Shown piece by piece: positions 25,966-40,777 of a stretch of DNA of 64,000 nucleotides. The notes below the pieces were generated by a model. The model had not been told where the DNA came from. It saw nothing but the letters and a program-made list of their open reading frames with translations, and did no database searches. This stretch comes from Octopus vulgaris (taxonomy: Eukaryota). The DNA lies in NCBI GenBank assembly GCA_951406725.2, contig OX597823.1, positions 15,438,001 through 15,502,000 of the forward strand, written 5' to 3'. A program made the translations under genes and the position numbers. Numbering within the stretch: the stretch's first letter is position 1; each line of letters begins with the position of its first letter.

Positions 25966-26630
25966 ACGCCCTTTTAAAGCTTAGCCAGGCTCATGGGCCC
26001 GGTTTCCCGGTTTCTATGGCGTATGTGTTCCCCAGCTGGACGGGACGCCAGTCCATCGCAGCGTTACTCATTTTTGCCAGCTGATTGGACTGGAGCAACG
26101 TGAAATGAAGTGTTTTGCTCAAGAACACAACGCCTCACCCGGTCTAGGAATCGAAACCACAATCTTACGATCATGATGCTGACACCCTAACCACTAAGCC
26201 ACACGCCTCCACACATACTCTTTACTCTTTTACTCTTTAACTCTTTAACTTGTTTCAGTCATTTGACTGCGGCCATGCTGGAGCACCGCCTTTAATCGAG
26301 CAACTCGACCCCGGGACTTATTCTTTGTAAGCCCAGTACTTATTCTATCGGTCTCTTTTGCCGAACCGCTGAATTATGGGGACATAACCACACCAGCATC
26401 GGTTGTCAAGCAATGCTAGGGGGACAAACACAGACACACATATATGTATATATATATACATATATACGACGGGCTTCTTTCAGTTTCCGTCTACCAAATC
26501 CACTCACAAGGCCTTGGTCGGCCCGAGGCTATAGTAGAAGACACTTGCCCAAGGTGCAACGCAGTGGAACTGAACCCGGAACCATGTGGTTGGTAAACAA
26601 GCTACTTACCACAGAGCCACTCCTGCGCCT
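25966..26630 (-). mobile_element. Two adjacent SINEs (family B-related 25966-26212; family A 26217-26630)
   Basis: Heads GTGGAGGCGTGTGGCTTAGTGG and GGCGCAGGAGTGGCTCTGTGG on the - strand. Confidence 0.8.
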
Positions 26631-27054
26631 ATGTATACATATATACATTGTCTAAATGGCAATGAGAGTGTCATGTTAGGCTGCAAACCAACTCCGTTTA
26701 CTGAGAAAAATATTTGAGAAATAAAACCAGGTACACGAATTCAACAATACAGATTTACAAAGATATGTATGTGTACACACACAGATAAACCAAAACTAAA
26801 ATATTCACACTCGCATGAGCATACATTCATGCAAACATACAATTACACACCAGCATTCTTTCTCACATTGTCGGGCCGTCGGCGTCAGAACAGGCAACTC
26901 TACGAAGCCTGATTGGTAAGCGGGGTGGCTTTCGTTGAAAATCTGTCAAAGGTTGGATAAAACTCAGTAGAGTCAACGGCCATCCTACAGATGGGATTGG
27001 GAGATGCCTGGTCTTTAAGTGCCCTAGACAAAGAATGCAGGCGTGTAATTGTAT

Positions 27055-27459
27055 GTTTGCATACATACATGCATACATACATACATACATACATACATAC
27101 ATACATACATGCATGCATACATACATACATACATAAACACATACATACATTCATACATACATGCATGCATACATACATACATGCATACATACATGCATGC
27201 ATGCATACATACATACTTACATACATACATACAGGCAAACCTGCATACATACATACATACATACATACATACATACATACATACGTGCATACATACATAC
27301 ATACTTACATACATACATACATACATACATACATGCATGCATACACACACATACATACATACATACATGCAAACCTGCACACGTACATACATACATACAT
27401 ACATACATACATACATACATACATACATACATACATACATACATGCAAACCTGCACACG

Positions 27460-27493
<34 letters not shown>

Positions 27494-29071
27494 CATACAT
27501 GTATACATACATACATACATACGTGCATACATACGTGCATACATACGTACATACATACATACATACATACATACATACATACATACATACATACATACAT
27601 ACATACATACATACATACATACATACGTGCGTACATACATACATACGAAGTGGCAGGCACATGACAGCAGACATAATGACGCGAGAGAAAATGACTCTGC
27701 ACAATAGCTGAATCGAGTTACCCTGCAGATTTCAACATAATGTTAAAGGTTAGTGAAAAGGAAAACATTTCTGCTGAACGAATAAGAAATTTGAGACTGC
27801 TCTGCCTGGACTTTCACTTTTGGATTTATAACAATAAAGAGTGAAGTATCAGAATGCGTATCTAATTGCTTCAGTACTAATCATGTGATGTTGGGTTTCA
27901 CCATGACAGACAGACAGAACAAGGGTAATTAAACAAATACAAGACTTCAAAATATGTAAAAATAACAAAAATTCCGATGCTTAGCACACAATAAGCTCAT
28001 ATATACATCTATAAGCATGCAAATATATATTTTTGTACTCTGACGTTAGTCAGAGCATACAAACCTACCCATTCAATGGCGCCGCTACCTGCACCCATCT
28101 ATACGTGAGTACATACATAATTGCGTATGCACACGCATGCGCACATACATACATACATACATGCATACATGCATACACACAAACATGCACATGCGTACAT
28201 ACATACACATGCATGCATACATAAACACATATACATACATGCTTGCATATATGCATACACACACACATACACATGTGTACATACATACACATATACATAC
28301 ATACATACGTACGTACATGCATGCATGTATGCATACATACATGCATACACACACATACACATGCATACATACACACATATACATGCATGCATACTCACAC
28401 ATGCACATGTGCACATACATACACATACATACATACATACATACATACATACATACATACATACATACATGCATACATACATCCACATACATACATACAT
28501 ACTCACACATGCACATGTGCACATACATACATATATACATACACACATACATACATACGTACGTACATGCATGCATGTATGCATACATACATGCATACAC
28601 ACATACACATGCATACATACATATGCATGCATACATACACACATATACATACATGCAAACACACACATACACATGTGTACATACATATATACATACATAC
28701 ATGCATGTATGCATACATACATGCATACACACACATACACATGTGTATGCATATATGTATACTCACACATACACATGTGCACATACACATATACATACAT
28801 ACATACATACATACATGCATGTATGCATAAATACATGCATACAAACACATACACATGCATGCATACATACACACATATACATACATGCGTGCATACATGC
28901 ATACACACACATGTGTACTTACATACATACATATATACACACATACATACATACACACATACATACATACACACATACATACACACTCACATACATACAT
29001 ACATACATACATACATACATACATACATACATACATACATACATACATACATACATACATACATACATACA
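27055..29071. repeat. Long degenerate (TACA)n/(CATG) satellite arrays
   Basis: Read directly from the sequence; interrupted by unique sequence at about 27648-28110. Confidence 0.9.
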
Positions 29072-29595
29072 TGGTGGCTGCCCCCTCGTTATCGAGTATG
29101 GCCATTGCACGAAGCTTATTCAATTTTTCTTTTTAAGTGAGGAAAGGCTGTGCACTGAGTCAATCCCACTCACTAAACAACAGCAGCCATAATCCGAAAA
29201 GAAGAACAAGTAAACATCATTGGTAACCACTGAGCCGCAGGTTTTATGTCGGAGTTATCCCAGTTACCTGAGTTACCTTCTCCTAGAAGGATGCCCTAAC
29301 AAAGGCGAGGTGTCCTTCACTCCCAATGGTTTAACCGCGCGATCGGGTATTCAGTCCGATTATTTCTATGTCCCCGCGCATGATACAGCCTTAAGATATT
29401 TATTGGATGGCCGTTGACTCTCAAGAGTTCCTCCGCCCTTTAACGGGTTTTGTTTTTCATCCCGCAGGGTGTCCAATAAACACCCTCCTCACCAAGCAAG
29501 CTTGGTGGGGTTGCCGGTTTAGTCGCCGACGACCCGACCATGCAACATGTTGTACTGGATTACATGTTACCAGTAGCACTCGAAAGTGACCTGAC
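29071..29595 (-). mobile_element. Non-autonomous derivative of the RTE at 23358-25093 (5' UTR fused to 3' terminus)
   Basis: About 29130-29580 matches 24460-24725 and 24915-25093; 29071-29118 matches the 3' end at 23361-23408; flanked by (TACA)n. Confidence 0.8.
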
Positions 29596-29880
29596 ATACA
29601 TACGTACATACGTACGTACGTACATACATACATACATACATACATAAATACATACATACGTACATACATACATACATACATACATACATACATACATACA
29701 TACATACATACATACATACATACATAAATACATACATACATACATACATAAATACATACATACATACGTACATACATACATACATACATACATACATACA
29801 TACATACATACATACATACATACATACATACATACATACATACATACATAAATACATACATAAATACATACATACATACA

Positions 29881-29916
<36 letters not shown>

Positions 29917-29947
29917 CATACATACATACATACATACATACATACAC

Positions 29948-30150
29948 ATTCTGCAGAGGTTCGTTGGACTTGTGTGGTATATATTCTTTTTTCACTGAGT
30001 TGGTATTCAATGCCTGGTCCTGGGCAACAATGATTAGGCTTTCAGTGTTCTTTTTTAAGTCAACCTTGTTGAGCCACCTCTATTATACTTCCAGGTCTTC
30101 CAGGCAATTTTGTCAAAAGGTGGATGAATGTAGCACGAATAGCCCGAGTG
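29948..30150 (-). pseudogene. R4/Dong-type LINE fragment
   Basis: WLNKVDLKKNTESLIIVAQDQALNTNSVKK matches the pre-zinc-knuckle motif also seen near 41440. Confidence 0.6.
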
Positions 30151-30599
30151 AACGGGCCTAGTCTAAGCATGCGGCTTTAGATCAAGGTTAGACGAAGAGG
30201 AGAGGGCACTTGTCCTAGAGGTCAGAGTGATCGCGGATTTTGTGGGGTTCCCACGAGCAAGCCCTTGGAAGTCTCCCTCTTTTGGGGATTTAATTCTTAT
30301 AACTTTTATTGTTTTTCATTATTTACACATTCCCAACCCCACTCGTTTTGTATTATACAGAACCGTCCCCAATCTTCTATGTGAAAGAGTGTTGTTATTG
30401 TCGTCGTCGTCGTCATCGTCGTCGTCGTCGTTGTTGTTGTTGTTGTTAAGTCGACCTCATTCAAATGTCATTTCGGTCGACTTTACCTTTCACTCTTTCA
30501 GCGTCGATAAAATAAATACCAGTCGAGCACTAGGGTCGTTATAATCGGTTAATACACTCCCTCCAAACCTTCAGACTTTGTTTCCTACAGTAGAAAGAA

Positions 30600-30612
30600 C
30601 TATTATTATTAC

Positions 30613-30701
<89 letters not shown>

Positions 30702-30745
30702 ACATCATTATTATTATTATTATCATTATTATTATTATTATTATT

Positions 30746-30791
<46 letters not shown>

Positions 30792-30812
30792 ACATCATTA
30801 TTATTATTATTA

Positions 30813-30852
<40 letters not shown>

Positions 30853-30880
30853 ATTATTATTATCATTATCATTATTATTA

Positions 30881-30932
<52 letters not shown>

Positions 30933-31090
30933 CATTATTATTATTATTATTATCGTCATCATCATTATTATTATTATTATTATAATTATTTTTATTATCA
31001 TTATTATTATTATTATCATTATTATTATTATTATTATCATCATCATCATCATCATCATTATTATTATTATTATTATAATTATTTTTATTA

Positions 31091-31136
<46 letters not shown>

Positions 31137-31156
31137 CATCATCATCATCATCATCA

Positions 31157-31226
<70 letters not shown>

Positions 31227-31270
31227 TATTATTATTATTATTATTATCATTATTATTATTATTATTATCA

Positions 31271-31320
<50 letters not shown>
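30600..31320. repeat. ~720-bp (ATT/ATC)n trinucleotide array
   Basis: Read directly from the sequence. Confidence 0.98.
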
Positions 31321-31321
<1 letters not shown>

Positions 31322-31736
31322 CATCTCATAGTCATTGTAGTCGACACCTACTGCAGTGTGAACACGTCGTATTTCTTTTCTTTTCGCGCGACACGATTTA
31401 TTCAAGCATTATCAAATGAAATTTTTTTTCAGGTGTGCTTTTGCATAAAGACTTTAATTACCTAAGGCTTGCCTTCTACACTTGCAAACAAACAAAGATG
31501 ACTTGCTTCATAAACTTCTACAAATTTATTTATTTATTTATTTATTTATATACATGACGCTTTCACAAAATGGCTACCAATAATGCATATGTCCTACGAT
31601 TGATATATGGACTACTGTTGCAAACGAAAATATAACAACACAAAATCAAAACGCAACTGAATGTACAAAAAGTAGAAAATTAATAGTTTAGAGAACGATT
31701 AATTAATAAAAAAACATGCAAATCTGTCAAAGAGAT

Positions 31737-32168
31737 ACTCTTTTCTCTTTTACTCTTTTACTTGTTTCAGTCATTTGACTGCGGCCATGCTGGAGCACCG
31801 CCTTTAGTCAATCAAATCGACCCCGGGACTTATTCTTTATAAGTCCAGTACTTATTCTATCGGTCTCTTTTGCTGAACCGCTAAGTAACGGGGACATAAA
31901 CACACCAGCATCGGTTGTCAAGCAATGCTAGGGGGACAAACACAGACACACAAACACACACACGTATATATATATATATATATATACATATATATACATA
32001 TGTACGACGGGCTTCTTTCAGTTTCCATCTTCTAAATCCACTCACAAGGCTTTGGTCGGCCCGAGGCTATAGTAGAAGACACTTGCCCAAGGTGCCACGC
32101 AGTGGGACTGAACCCGGAACCATGTGGTTGGTAAACAAGCTACTTACCACACAGCCACTCCTGCGCCT
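31737..32168 (-). mobile_element. SINE family A
   Basis: Full-length reverse complement of family A. Confidence 0.85.
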
Positions 32169-33434
32169 AATGTAGAAAATATCCATAGCAACATCAAAGC
32201 GACTCTAGTTTGGATTGATCTGTTGCGCAAGACACCGCCATGATCAGTTCTTACTCAAACCGAGATACCAAAGACCAATTCCACATACCGCTGATATATA
32301 GAGTCCTGACTAGAAGCTTCCAGCACATTCAGATCGGCTCCACACTGCAACCTAACGTTTTAGAAATCAAAGAACCAAGATTTTTATGCAATTAAACTTG
32401 ACAGTGGCTTTGCGAGTTGGCAGTTTCCATCATCACAATCTTCCCTGTGAAAAAGATAGATCCAGTAGAAAGACTTAAGATGACTGGTTGCCTCCTCACA
32501 TTTGCAGGAGGCTGCCAGAAACTTAGTCTGTTGGAGACTGCCATATTTTTTTTTTTTTTTATCTAAGAGTGCACTCTGCTAACCTTTGTCTTCTTGGAAT
32601 GAACTACTCGGTGGCAGAATAACGATTAAACTCGAGGCATATCCACCAGGCTGTGCCTGCTCGCTGTCATCCTGAGCTCCAAGTTAACTAGGATCCACAA
32701 AGAGCCAAATTGTCCTGCGTGACCGCGGAAATGCCTGGCAGAAGTTTGGGTGAGAAATAGGCAGTGTGCTGGTAGATAGCACTCACACACCAGACTCCTT
32801 CCCGGTTTACCACAAGAATGCTACCACGTTCCTATTAAGATAGACAGTGTTGTTGCGAGCAAGAATAACAGCACAACTAATAACAGCAGTAAAACCGACA
32901 GCCGTTCTCACCAGAAGCGAACAGCAGAGCACAGCTAAATCTTCTGTCAGTAACAGCGCTAACGCACCAAAAGCAATGCTTTTTCCACCATTATCATAAC
33001 CAACAAGAAACACTTCTCCGTCGATACACCCAATCATGAGGTGGTGCGTTTAGTTGAAAGCAAAAATGTCTTCAAGCAATGGTACATGGCTTGTATTTCC
33101 TAGGGTAACATATTAGTTATCATTTTTTGTAAGAACGGGGTGATCTTCTTGGAAAAGTCTCATCTCCCTTCTCTCTTCAGACTCTCCCCTTCAGCTTTCT
33201 ACAAACCTCCTTGTTTTATGCTTGTTTCTGGAGAGATTACGTCTTTTCTTCGGTGGCAAATTCTTTTCAATATTGTAAACAAAAAATTATACATTAATCC
33301 CTATCTTTGTAAGCAGTTGCATGTATGGAGTATGTTTTTATTTTTGCCTGCAGTATAAATTAACCGAATAGAAGCACGTGTATGAACTGCTAATTTAATG
33401 GTAAATGCTACAATAATTATTATACATAAATTTC

Positions 33435-33504
<70 letters not shown>

Positions 33505-33541
33505 CACAGGTATTAACTATTGATTTAAGGGTTAATATGTA

Positions 33542-34061
33542 CCGTAAATCCTCGAGTATAATCCGCATTTTTTCCCCAAAAATTTAAAGGTCAAAATCCC
33601 TAGTGCGTACTATATACGAGGTTAAAAATTTAAAATATTTTCTAAGCAATGTTCGAGTCTCTATTTGCTGTCCAGCAATGTTTATTCAGAGGCATTTTGT
33701 GATGTCGGGCGCGAAAATACCTTAAGCTAAGCCTGAAAGCAATGAAGTCATAAAAGAATCATCCATAACTTGCAGTAAGCAACATTTATTAAAATAAAAG
33801 TATTCAGAACACAGAATAACAGGTAACAAAAACAATTTGCAAACATATTTACATTCCCATATAACAGTTAAGAACACCACCATTATTGTATTACGCATGC
33901 GCAGAAGTGTTTGTTCGACTAGGTGCTGCTGGCTTAATTACGCACGACTCAAGTTAGAGAAGGGGTGCGTATTATACACAAGGTTTAGGTTTTTCAAGGG
34001 TACAACCCTAAAAATCCCCTGCGTATTATACTCAAGGGCGGACTATACTCGAGGTTTACGG
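33542..34061. mobile_element. pogo/Tigger-type MITE
   Basis: TA|CCGTAAATCCTCGAGTATAATCCGC ... GCGGACTATACTCGAGGTTTACGG|TA. Confidence 0.85.
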
Positions 34062-34265
34062 TAACTGTAAATACCTTGCAACCTTGCAACTTCTACGATA
34101 ATTATTAACTGGTAATTGAATGGTAACTTTTATATACCTTGGATCTGCCACCTGGTCCATCGCGCACACATACGCCCGCACATACACATACAAACACACA
34201 CATACACACACACTCTCTCTCTCTCTCCCCTCTCTCTCACTCACTCACTTTTGGAACATACATAA

Positions 34266-34640
34266 GGCGCAGGAGTGGCTGTGTGGTAAGTAGCTTGGTA
34301 ACCAACCACATGGTTCCGGGTTCAGTCCCACAGCGTGGTATCTTGGGCAAGTGTCTTCTGCCATAGCCTCGGGCCGACCAATGCCTTGTGAGTGGATTTG
34401 GTAGACGGAAACTGAAAGAAGCCTGTTGTATATATGTGTATATATATGTGTGTGTGTGTGTGTTTGTGTGTCTGTGTTTGTCCCCCTAGCATTGCTTGAC
34501 AACCGATGCTGGTGTGTTTACGTCCCCGTCACTTAGCGGTTCTGGGCTTACAAAGAATAAGTCCCGGGGTCGATTTGCTCGACTAAAGGCGGTGCTCCAG
34601 CATGGTCGCAGTCAAATGACTGAAACAAGTAAAAGAGTAA
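34266..34640 (+). mobile_element. SINE family A
   Basis: Family A head and tail. Confidence 0.85.
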
Positions 34641-34656
34641 GGTATGAAACATCACC

Positions 34657-34738
<82 letters not shown>

Positions 34739-34949
34739 ATCCATGTCTTTCATCTTCTCCTATAGAAACTTGTTTTCTGTCTCTGTCTTTTTCTCATTTT
34801 GTGTTCCTCCCGCTCATTCCGTAAAAATGTATTTGAAGAGAAAGAGAGCAGAAATTGAAAGAAGAGAAAGCGAAAAGGACAGAGAGAAAGAAAGTGAAGG
34901 AGATGAGAAAGTGAAAGATGTATGTACGTGGGATATGAAATGGACGTGT

Positions 34950-35036
<87 letters not shown>

Positions 35037-35463
35037 CGTGCGCGTGTGTGTGAAAGAGAGAAAGAGAGAGACAGTGAATGAGTGAGTGAGTGAGTGAGTG
35101 AGTGGATGACTGAGTGAGCGAGTGAGTGAGTGAATGAGTGAGTGAGTGAATGAGTGAGTGAGTGAATGAGTGAGTGAATGAGTGAGTGAGTGAGTGAGTG
35201 AATGAGTGAGTGAGTGAGTGAGTGAGTGAGTGAGAGAGTGAGTGAGTGAGTGAGTGAGTAAGAGAGTGAGTGAGAGAGTGAGTGAGTGAGTGAGTGAGTG
35301 AGTGAGTGAGTGAGTGAGTGAGAGAGTGAGTGAGTGAGTGAGTGAGTGAAGGTGTGTGTCGTGAAGATTGATGTCTTTTAAAGTACACACACATATAGAA
35401 AATGTGACGTCATCGTCGTCATTGTAAAAAAATTCTTACGATAGTTAGTTTATGGAAAAGATT

Positions 35464-35849
35464 GTGGAGGCGCAATGGCCCAGTGGTTAGGGCAGCGGAC
35501 TCGCGGTCGGAGGATCGCGGTTTCGATTCCCAGACCGGGCGTTGTGAGTGTTTATTGAGCGAAAACACCTAAAAGCTCCGCGAGGCTCCGGCAGGGGATG
35601 GTGGTGATCCCTGCTGTACTCTTTCACCACAACTTTCTCTCACTCTTACTTCCTGTTTCTGTTGTACCTGTATTTCAAAGGGCCGGCCTTGTCACTCTCT
35701 GTGTCACGCTGAATATCCCCGAGAACTACGTTAAGGGTACACGTGTCTGTGGAGTGCTCAGCCACTTACACGTTAATTTCACGAGCAGGCTGTTCCGTTG
35801 ATTCGGATCAACCGGAACCCTCATCGTCGTAACCGACGGAGTGCTTCCA
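35464..35849 (+). mobile_element. SINE family B, 13-bp TSD
   Basis: TSD TATGGAAAAGATT at 35451-35463 and 35850-35862. Confidence 0.9.
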
Positions 35850-36292
35850 TATGGAAAAGATTATAATGTTAAATTTTTGAAATGCAAATATGTGAATGGA
35901 AATCAAGTTTAGTTTGTAGCCGAAATGGTACTGAATCTTTTGATATCCAATACGTTAAAATCGGTAACTCGGTTTTGGAATGCATATGGAATATTTATAT
36001 ATATAGGACAGACTTCTTTCAAACTGAAAGTATTATCTCACATCACAACAGAGACGTAATATTGAAATAGTGTAAGAGATAAGAGATTGCTCTGGAATCG
36101 CATTAGGCATGAAGTTGAAAGTTTTTTTTTGGGGGGGGGGTGTTGGCCCATGACACTGCATGGACCCTAAGTAGGACATATATAAAATTTGAATGAAATC
36201 GGTTGTGTAGTTCTCGAGTTTTAGGGATTCACACAGACAGATAGATAGACACACATTCTCGTCTTTATATATATAGATACATATAAAATAAA

Positions 36293-36449
36293 TGAGTGGC
36301 TGTGTGGTAAGTAGCTTGCTTATGAACCACATGGTTCCGCGTTCAGTCCCACAGCGTGGCACCTTGGGGAAGTATCATCAACTATAGCCTCGGGGCCAAC
36401 CAAAGCCGTGTGAGTGGATTTGGTAGACGGAAACTGAAAGAAGCCCAAC

Positions 36450-36514
<65 letters not shown>

Positions 36515-36731
36515 TGTCTGTCTGTCTGTGTCCCCCCCTCCCACCAACCATCGCTTGATAACCGATGTTGGCGTGTTCACGTCCCCGTAACTTAGCAGTT
36601 CGGCAAAAGAGACCAATGGAATAAGTGCTAGGCTTACAAAGAATAAGTCCTGGGGGTCGATATCTTCGACTAAATGCGATGCTCCAGCATGGCCGCGGCC
36701 AAATGACTGACACAAATAGAAGAATAAAAGA
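36293..36731 (+). mobile_element. SINE family A
   Basis: Family A head, internal (TG)n, 3' body. Confidence 0.8.
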
Positions 36732-36860
36732 ACATACATGCAAAGTCTTAAGAATTTATAAACTTCGAGAGAACTTGGCGAGCAGCTTTCGACTTTTTCT
36801 ATCCAATGCGGGTTTTAGCCCAATATTTTAATAGCTATTATTTATAACTTTTTTCAAACC

Positions 36861-37116
36861 TATTTCGTTTTGGGATTTGGTTTGCAAGATTCTTTATGTG
36901 AGTTCGTGTGTTGAAGCATAATTCTGTTGTGTCTGGGGAGAGTCATTTTGTTTTGGTGCCTTATAATGTAACACACTCACTGGTAAAATTTCCACTTATT
37001 TCTTATTTTTATTTTCCTAAAATTTTCAATAGTTTTGAGAGTCAAGACTATTGAAAAGGTTGCGAGACGCAACGGAAACTTTAGGAAAATAAAAATAAGA
37101 AATAAGTGGAAATTTT
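36861..37116. mobile_element. Asymmetric fold-back repeat, same family as 59526-59855
   Basis: Shared left end GGATTTGGTTTGCAAG; inverted AAAATTTCCACTTATTTCTTATTTTTATTTTCCTAA / TTAGGAAAATAAAAATAAGAAATAAGTGGAAATTTT. Confidence 0.7.
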
Positions 37117-37465
37117 TCAAACATCTTTATGTTGATCGAACGTTTTGTTTCATTTGCTTTTCGATTTTTCTTCCTTTCTTTAGTGCAGGGGAGACAATTT
37201 GGGTAATCTATTTTCAGAATGATCCATCAGCATATATCGATAATGTTTCTGATAATTTCAATTGCTTTTAGAAGCTGCAGTTTGCTAAATGTCTTTTTCA
37301 ATAAATCAATGAATGAACATCAATACGTTTACTTTCTCTCTGTGGAGTAAAAAATAATATAATGATTGTTTGCATCATTCGATTTTTATACATAAGCACA
37401 ATAACATGATTTTTTTTTCTTCAACATTTGAATACTTATCTTAAAATATTATCATTAATGGCATA

Positions 37466-37866
37466 TCTTTATATATAAAACTGTAGTTGTGTGAATGTCT
37501 GTCCCCTTCGATTTAGATTCCTAACTACTCCCACATTTTGCGGTGCAGTTTAACCAAAACCGGGTATCTTATAGTCGTGATTCATATCGAGCCCTTCTGG
37601 GTATTAGCACGCGTCTATGATGAGTCTACGATTTAAAAAATAATTTACCATCATTTTTTTCCATTTTAATGCATTTTTTCGCTATTATATAAGGGAAGTA
37701 ACTCTCTAAAAATGTCTACGATGAGTCAACGATTTAAAAAAAAATTTACCATCATTTTTTTTCCATTTTTAATGCATTTTTTTGCTATTTTTTGGCTATA
37801 ACTCTCTAAAAATGCTTTATAGTTATTTCCCTTACAAACCCGAGCAACGCCGGGCGATACTGCTTG
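37466..37866 (+). mobile_element. Non-autonomous Helitron
   Basis: A|TC start (TCTTTATATATAAAA), subterminal hairpin CCCGAGCAACGCCGGG, end CTTG|T (decayed CTAG); internal tandem duplication of about 100 bp. Confidence 0.7.
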
Positions 37867-38384
37867 TATTCATTAAAATATCATTAAAATTTATTTACAT
37901 CTTATAATATTATCATTTATTTATATCAAGTTACATCTTTTACAATATCATAGTCAGTTTGCATCTTGCATAATCATTATTTCACATTATATAACATCTA
38001 ATATATTTTTCACATCATATAACACCTATCATATCATAATCAACATCAATTTATAATAATAGTAATTATTATTAACATCATTTTATATTATCTAAAATAT
38101 TATAATCGGTTTGCTTTCATTAAAACATCATTGTCACTGTTAATTTACAATAATTGTAATATCACTGTCAGTATAAATTTACCTCAATTAAAATATCATT
38201 AATATCAATTTAATGCGATTATAATTTTTCACACATACACACACACAAACAAATACAGACATACATGTGTGTGTGAGAGAGAGAGAGAAAGAGGGAGATT
38301 GAGAGAAAGAGAGAGGTGGGGCGAGTGTTAGAGACTGTGTCCTTGCTTTGGACATCGCGCGTTGGTTTTAAATAAAAGATAAAT

Positions 38385-39340
38385 AATGAAATTATTGTAT
38401 ACAGTGCTCAGGTGCACCACAACTTGTCAAAAGTGCATATAAAGCATATGTTAGTTAGTTGGTTAATTTGGGGGCTCAAAAAGCAATAAGCAAGGCCATG
38501 TAGGGGGACATGAAGTTATGTACAGGGTGGTGTTCATGTAAAGAGTTCAGGCCACTTGTGGTCAAGGGAGACTTTGAACCGAGCGGTCGTCGGCATCTTC
38601 ACTATCTCGTCCAGCAGCTTATTCCACGGATCCGCAACCCGGACGGAGAAAGCCCCTCTCCTTCGATTGAGATGAAATCGTCGCAGATAGAGCTTTTCGG
38701 AGTGACCCCGCAGCCGACGCTATGGAGCAGGAGTGAAGAACAGCTCTTTCGAGAGGTTACACTTTCCGCTTCTGCAGTAATGTACAAATGTCTGGAAAGT
38801 GAACAGTGTATGAGTCAGATACATGCTTGCGTGTGTGTGGAGAGGAGAAAATCAGGTGTAGTGTTGGCGAATCTCAGGAAGCATGGAAGTTTTGAAGGAT
38901 GCAGTGCTCCGACAACTAACAACTGATGCCGGCAGTTTGTTCCATACTTCAGCAACTCTCAGCGTGAAAAAATGTTTCCTGAAGTCATGGGAGCTGTGCT
39001 GTTTTCTGACTTTGTAAATATGCCCACGGGTGTTAGATGGGTGGAGTTTGAAAAGGTGCTCAGAATCATTGTTAGTAAGATGGTTAATAATTTTATGGGT
39101 GTCTGCCAAGTCAGCTGCCAGATGTCGAATTTTCAATGTGTCCATGCCCAGGGAAGTAAGGCGTTCAGAATATGGCAAATGCCTGATAGAGGGTATTCTC
39201 TTGGTTGCACGTCGCTGAACGGCTTCCAGACGATTAATATCCTGGGCAAGATCGGGGTTCCAGACCGGTGATACAAATTCCAGGTGAGGTCGCACTATAG
39301 CTAAATAAAGCCTCAGATAGATAGCCGGAGAGCGGTTGTA
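38385..39340 (-). mobile_element. CR1-type LINE 3' fragment
   Basis: LYLAIVRPHLEFVSPVWNP..DINRLEAVQRRATKRIP..YSERL..TRGH..FFTLRVAEVWNKLP. Confidence 0.85.
38450..38772 (-). mobile_element. Second CR1-type 3' end nested in the 3' UTR of the first
   Basis: LRGHSEKLYLRRFHLNRRRGAFSVRVADPWNKL; (CTAA)n-like tail; absent from the sister copy at 44415-44968. Confidence 0.75.
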
Positions 39341-39630
39341 AGTGAGTGTCGCCGTCATGCAAGTGGAAACGATGTCTGATCATGAAGAAATATTACCTTA
39401 CTTGGAAAGAAGCGAGGGCTAGAAATCCACCTCAACAAGTTCCGCCCGGTCTACACGAGCATAGAAACGTGGACGTTAAAACGAGGAGGAAGAGGAGGGT
39501 CAATTTATATTTATACAATATCAAAATTAATATATATATATATATATATATATCAATTTTTCTCTTATGAGGTTTTTCACGTTGACTACTTGATATATTC
39601 TTATAAAGATTTTATCCTATTTTAAAATTT

Positions 39631-39672
<42 letters not shown>

Positions 39673-39673
39673 C

Positions 39674-39896
39674 TTTACTCTATTTTACTCTTTTACTTAT
39701 TTCAGTCATTTGACTGCGGCCATGCTGGAGCACCGCCTTTAATCGAGCAACTCGACCTCGGGACTTATTCTTTTGTAAGCCCAGTACTTATTCTATCGGT
39801 CTCTTTTACCGAACCACTAAGTTACGGGGATATAAACACACCAGCATCGGTTGTCAAGCAATGCTAGGGGGACAAATACAGACACACAAACACACA

Positions 39897-39941
<45 letters not shown>

Positions 39942-40049
39942 GACGGGCTTCTTTCAGTTTCCGTCTACCAAATCCAATCACAAGGCTTTGGTCGGCCCGA
40001 GGCTATAGTAGAAGACACTTGCCCAAGATGCCACGCAGTGGGACTGAAC
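39674..40049 (-). mobile_element. SINE family A (5'-truncated)
   Basis: Family A body. Confidence 0.8.
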
Positions 40050-40777
40050 GAAATATATACTAATGCCATTATCAATATTGGTTTCAATTTTGACACAAAG
40101 CCAGCAAGTTCGGAAAAGTGGGATAGTCGACTACATCAACCCTAGTGCTCATGCTGATATTTGTTTTATCGACTCCGAAAGGATAAGAGGCAAAGTCGAC
40201 TTCGGTGGAACGTAAAAACGGATGAAATTCCGCTAAGAGTTTTGCCCTGCGCGGTAACAATTCTGCCAGCTCGCCGCCTTATATATCATGATCAATATTA
40301 ATAAATAGTAATAGTAATATCATTAACAATATTAATTTGCATCTAAAGGCGGTGACCTAGCAGAATCATTAGACTTAACCCCACTTCCGAAACTGCTGGC
40401 CTTGTGCCAAAAACTTGAAACATTAATTTACGTCAAAAAGCGACGAGCTGGCAGAATCATTGACACGCCAGGCAAAATGCTTAAGCGCTATTTCGTCCGT
40501 CTTTACGTTCTGAGTTCAAATTACGCCGAGGTCGACTTTGCCTTTTATCCTTTCGAGGGCGATAAAATAAGTGTCAGTTAAACACTGGGATCATTATATT
40601 CGACTAGCCTCCTCCCATGAAATTGCTGGCCTTGTGCCAAAATTTGAAATCAGTATCAACTTAGTTTTTGAATAGGTTTATCAATATCGATTTCAATCTG
40701 TTAAAATATTGTCACCAATATTAATTTCACTATTATAAAATATTCCATCCATCTTTTCGTGGCAATTAAAAACCAAA

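Noticed and set aside
29130-29595. HDV-like ribozyme in the RTE 5' UTR
   Set aside because: Expected for some RTEs, but I could not build the nested double pseudoknot by eye; it needs a descriptor search
32170-33070. Coding-like, GC-richer stretch
   Set aside because: No sustained ORF or recognisable motif; probably an old TE relic, unassignable by eye
37046-37090. TTGAAAAG-GTTGC..GCAAC-GGAAA as a hammerhead
   Set aside because: The core does not match CUGANGA and stems I and III cannot be formed convincingly
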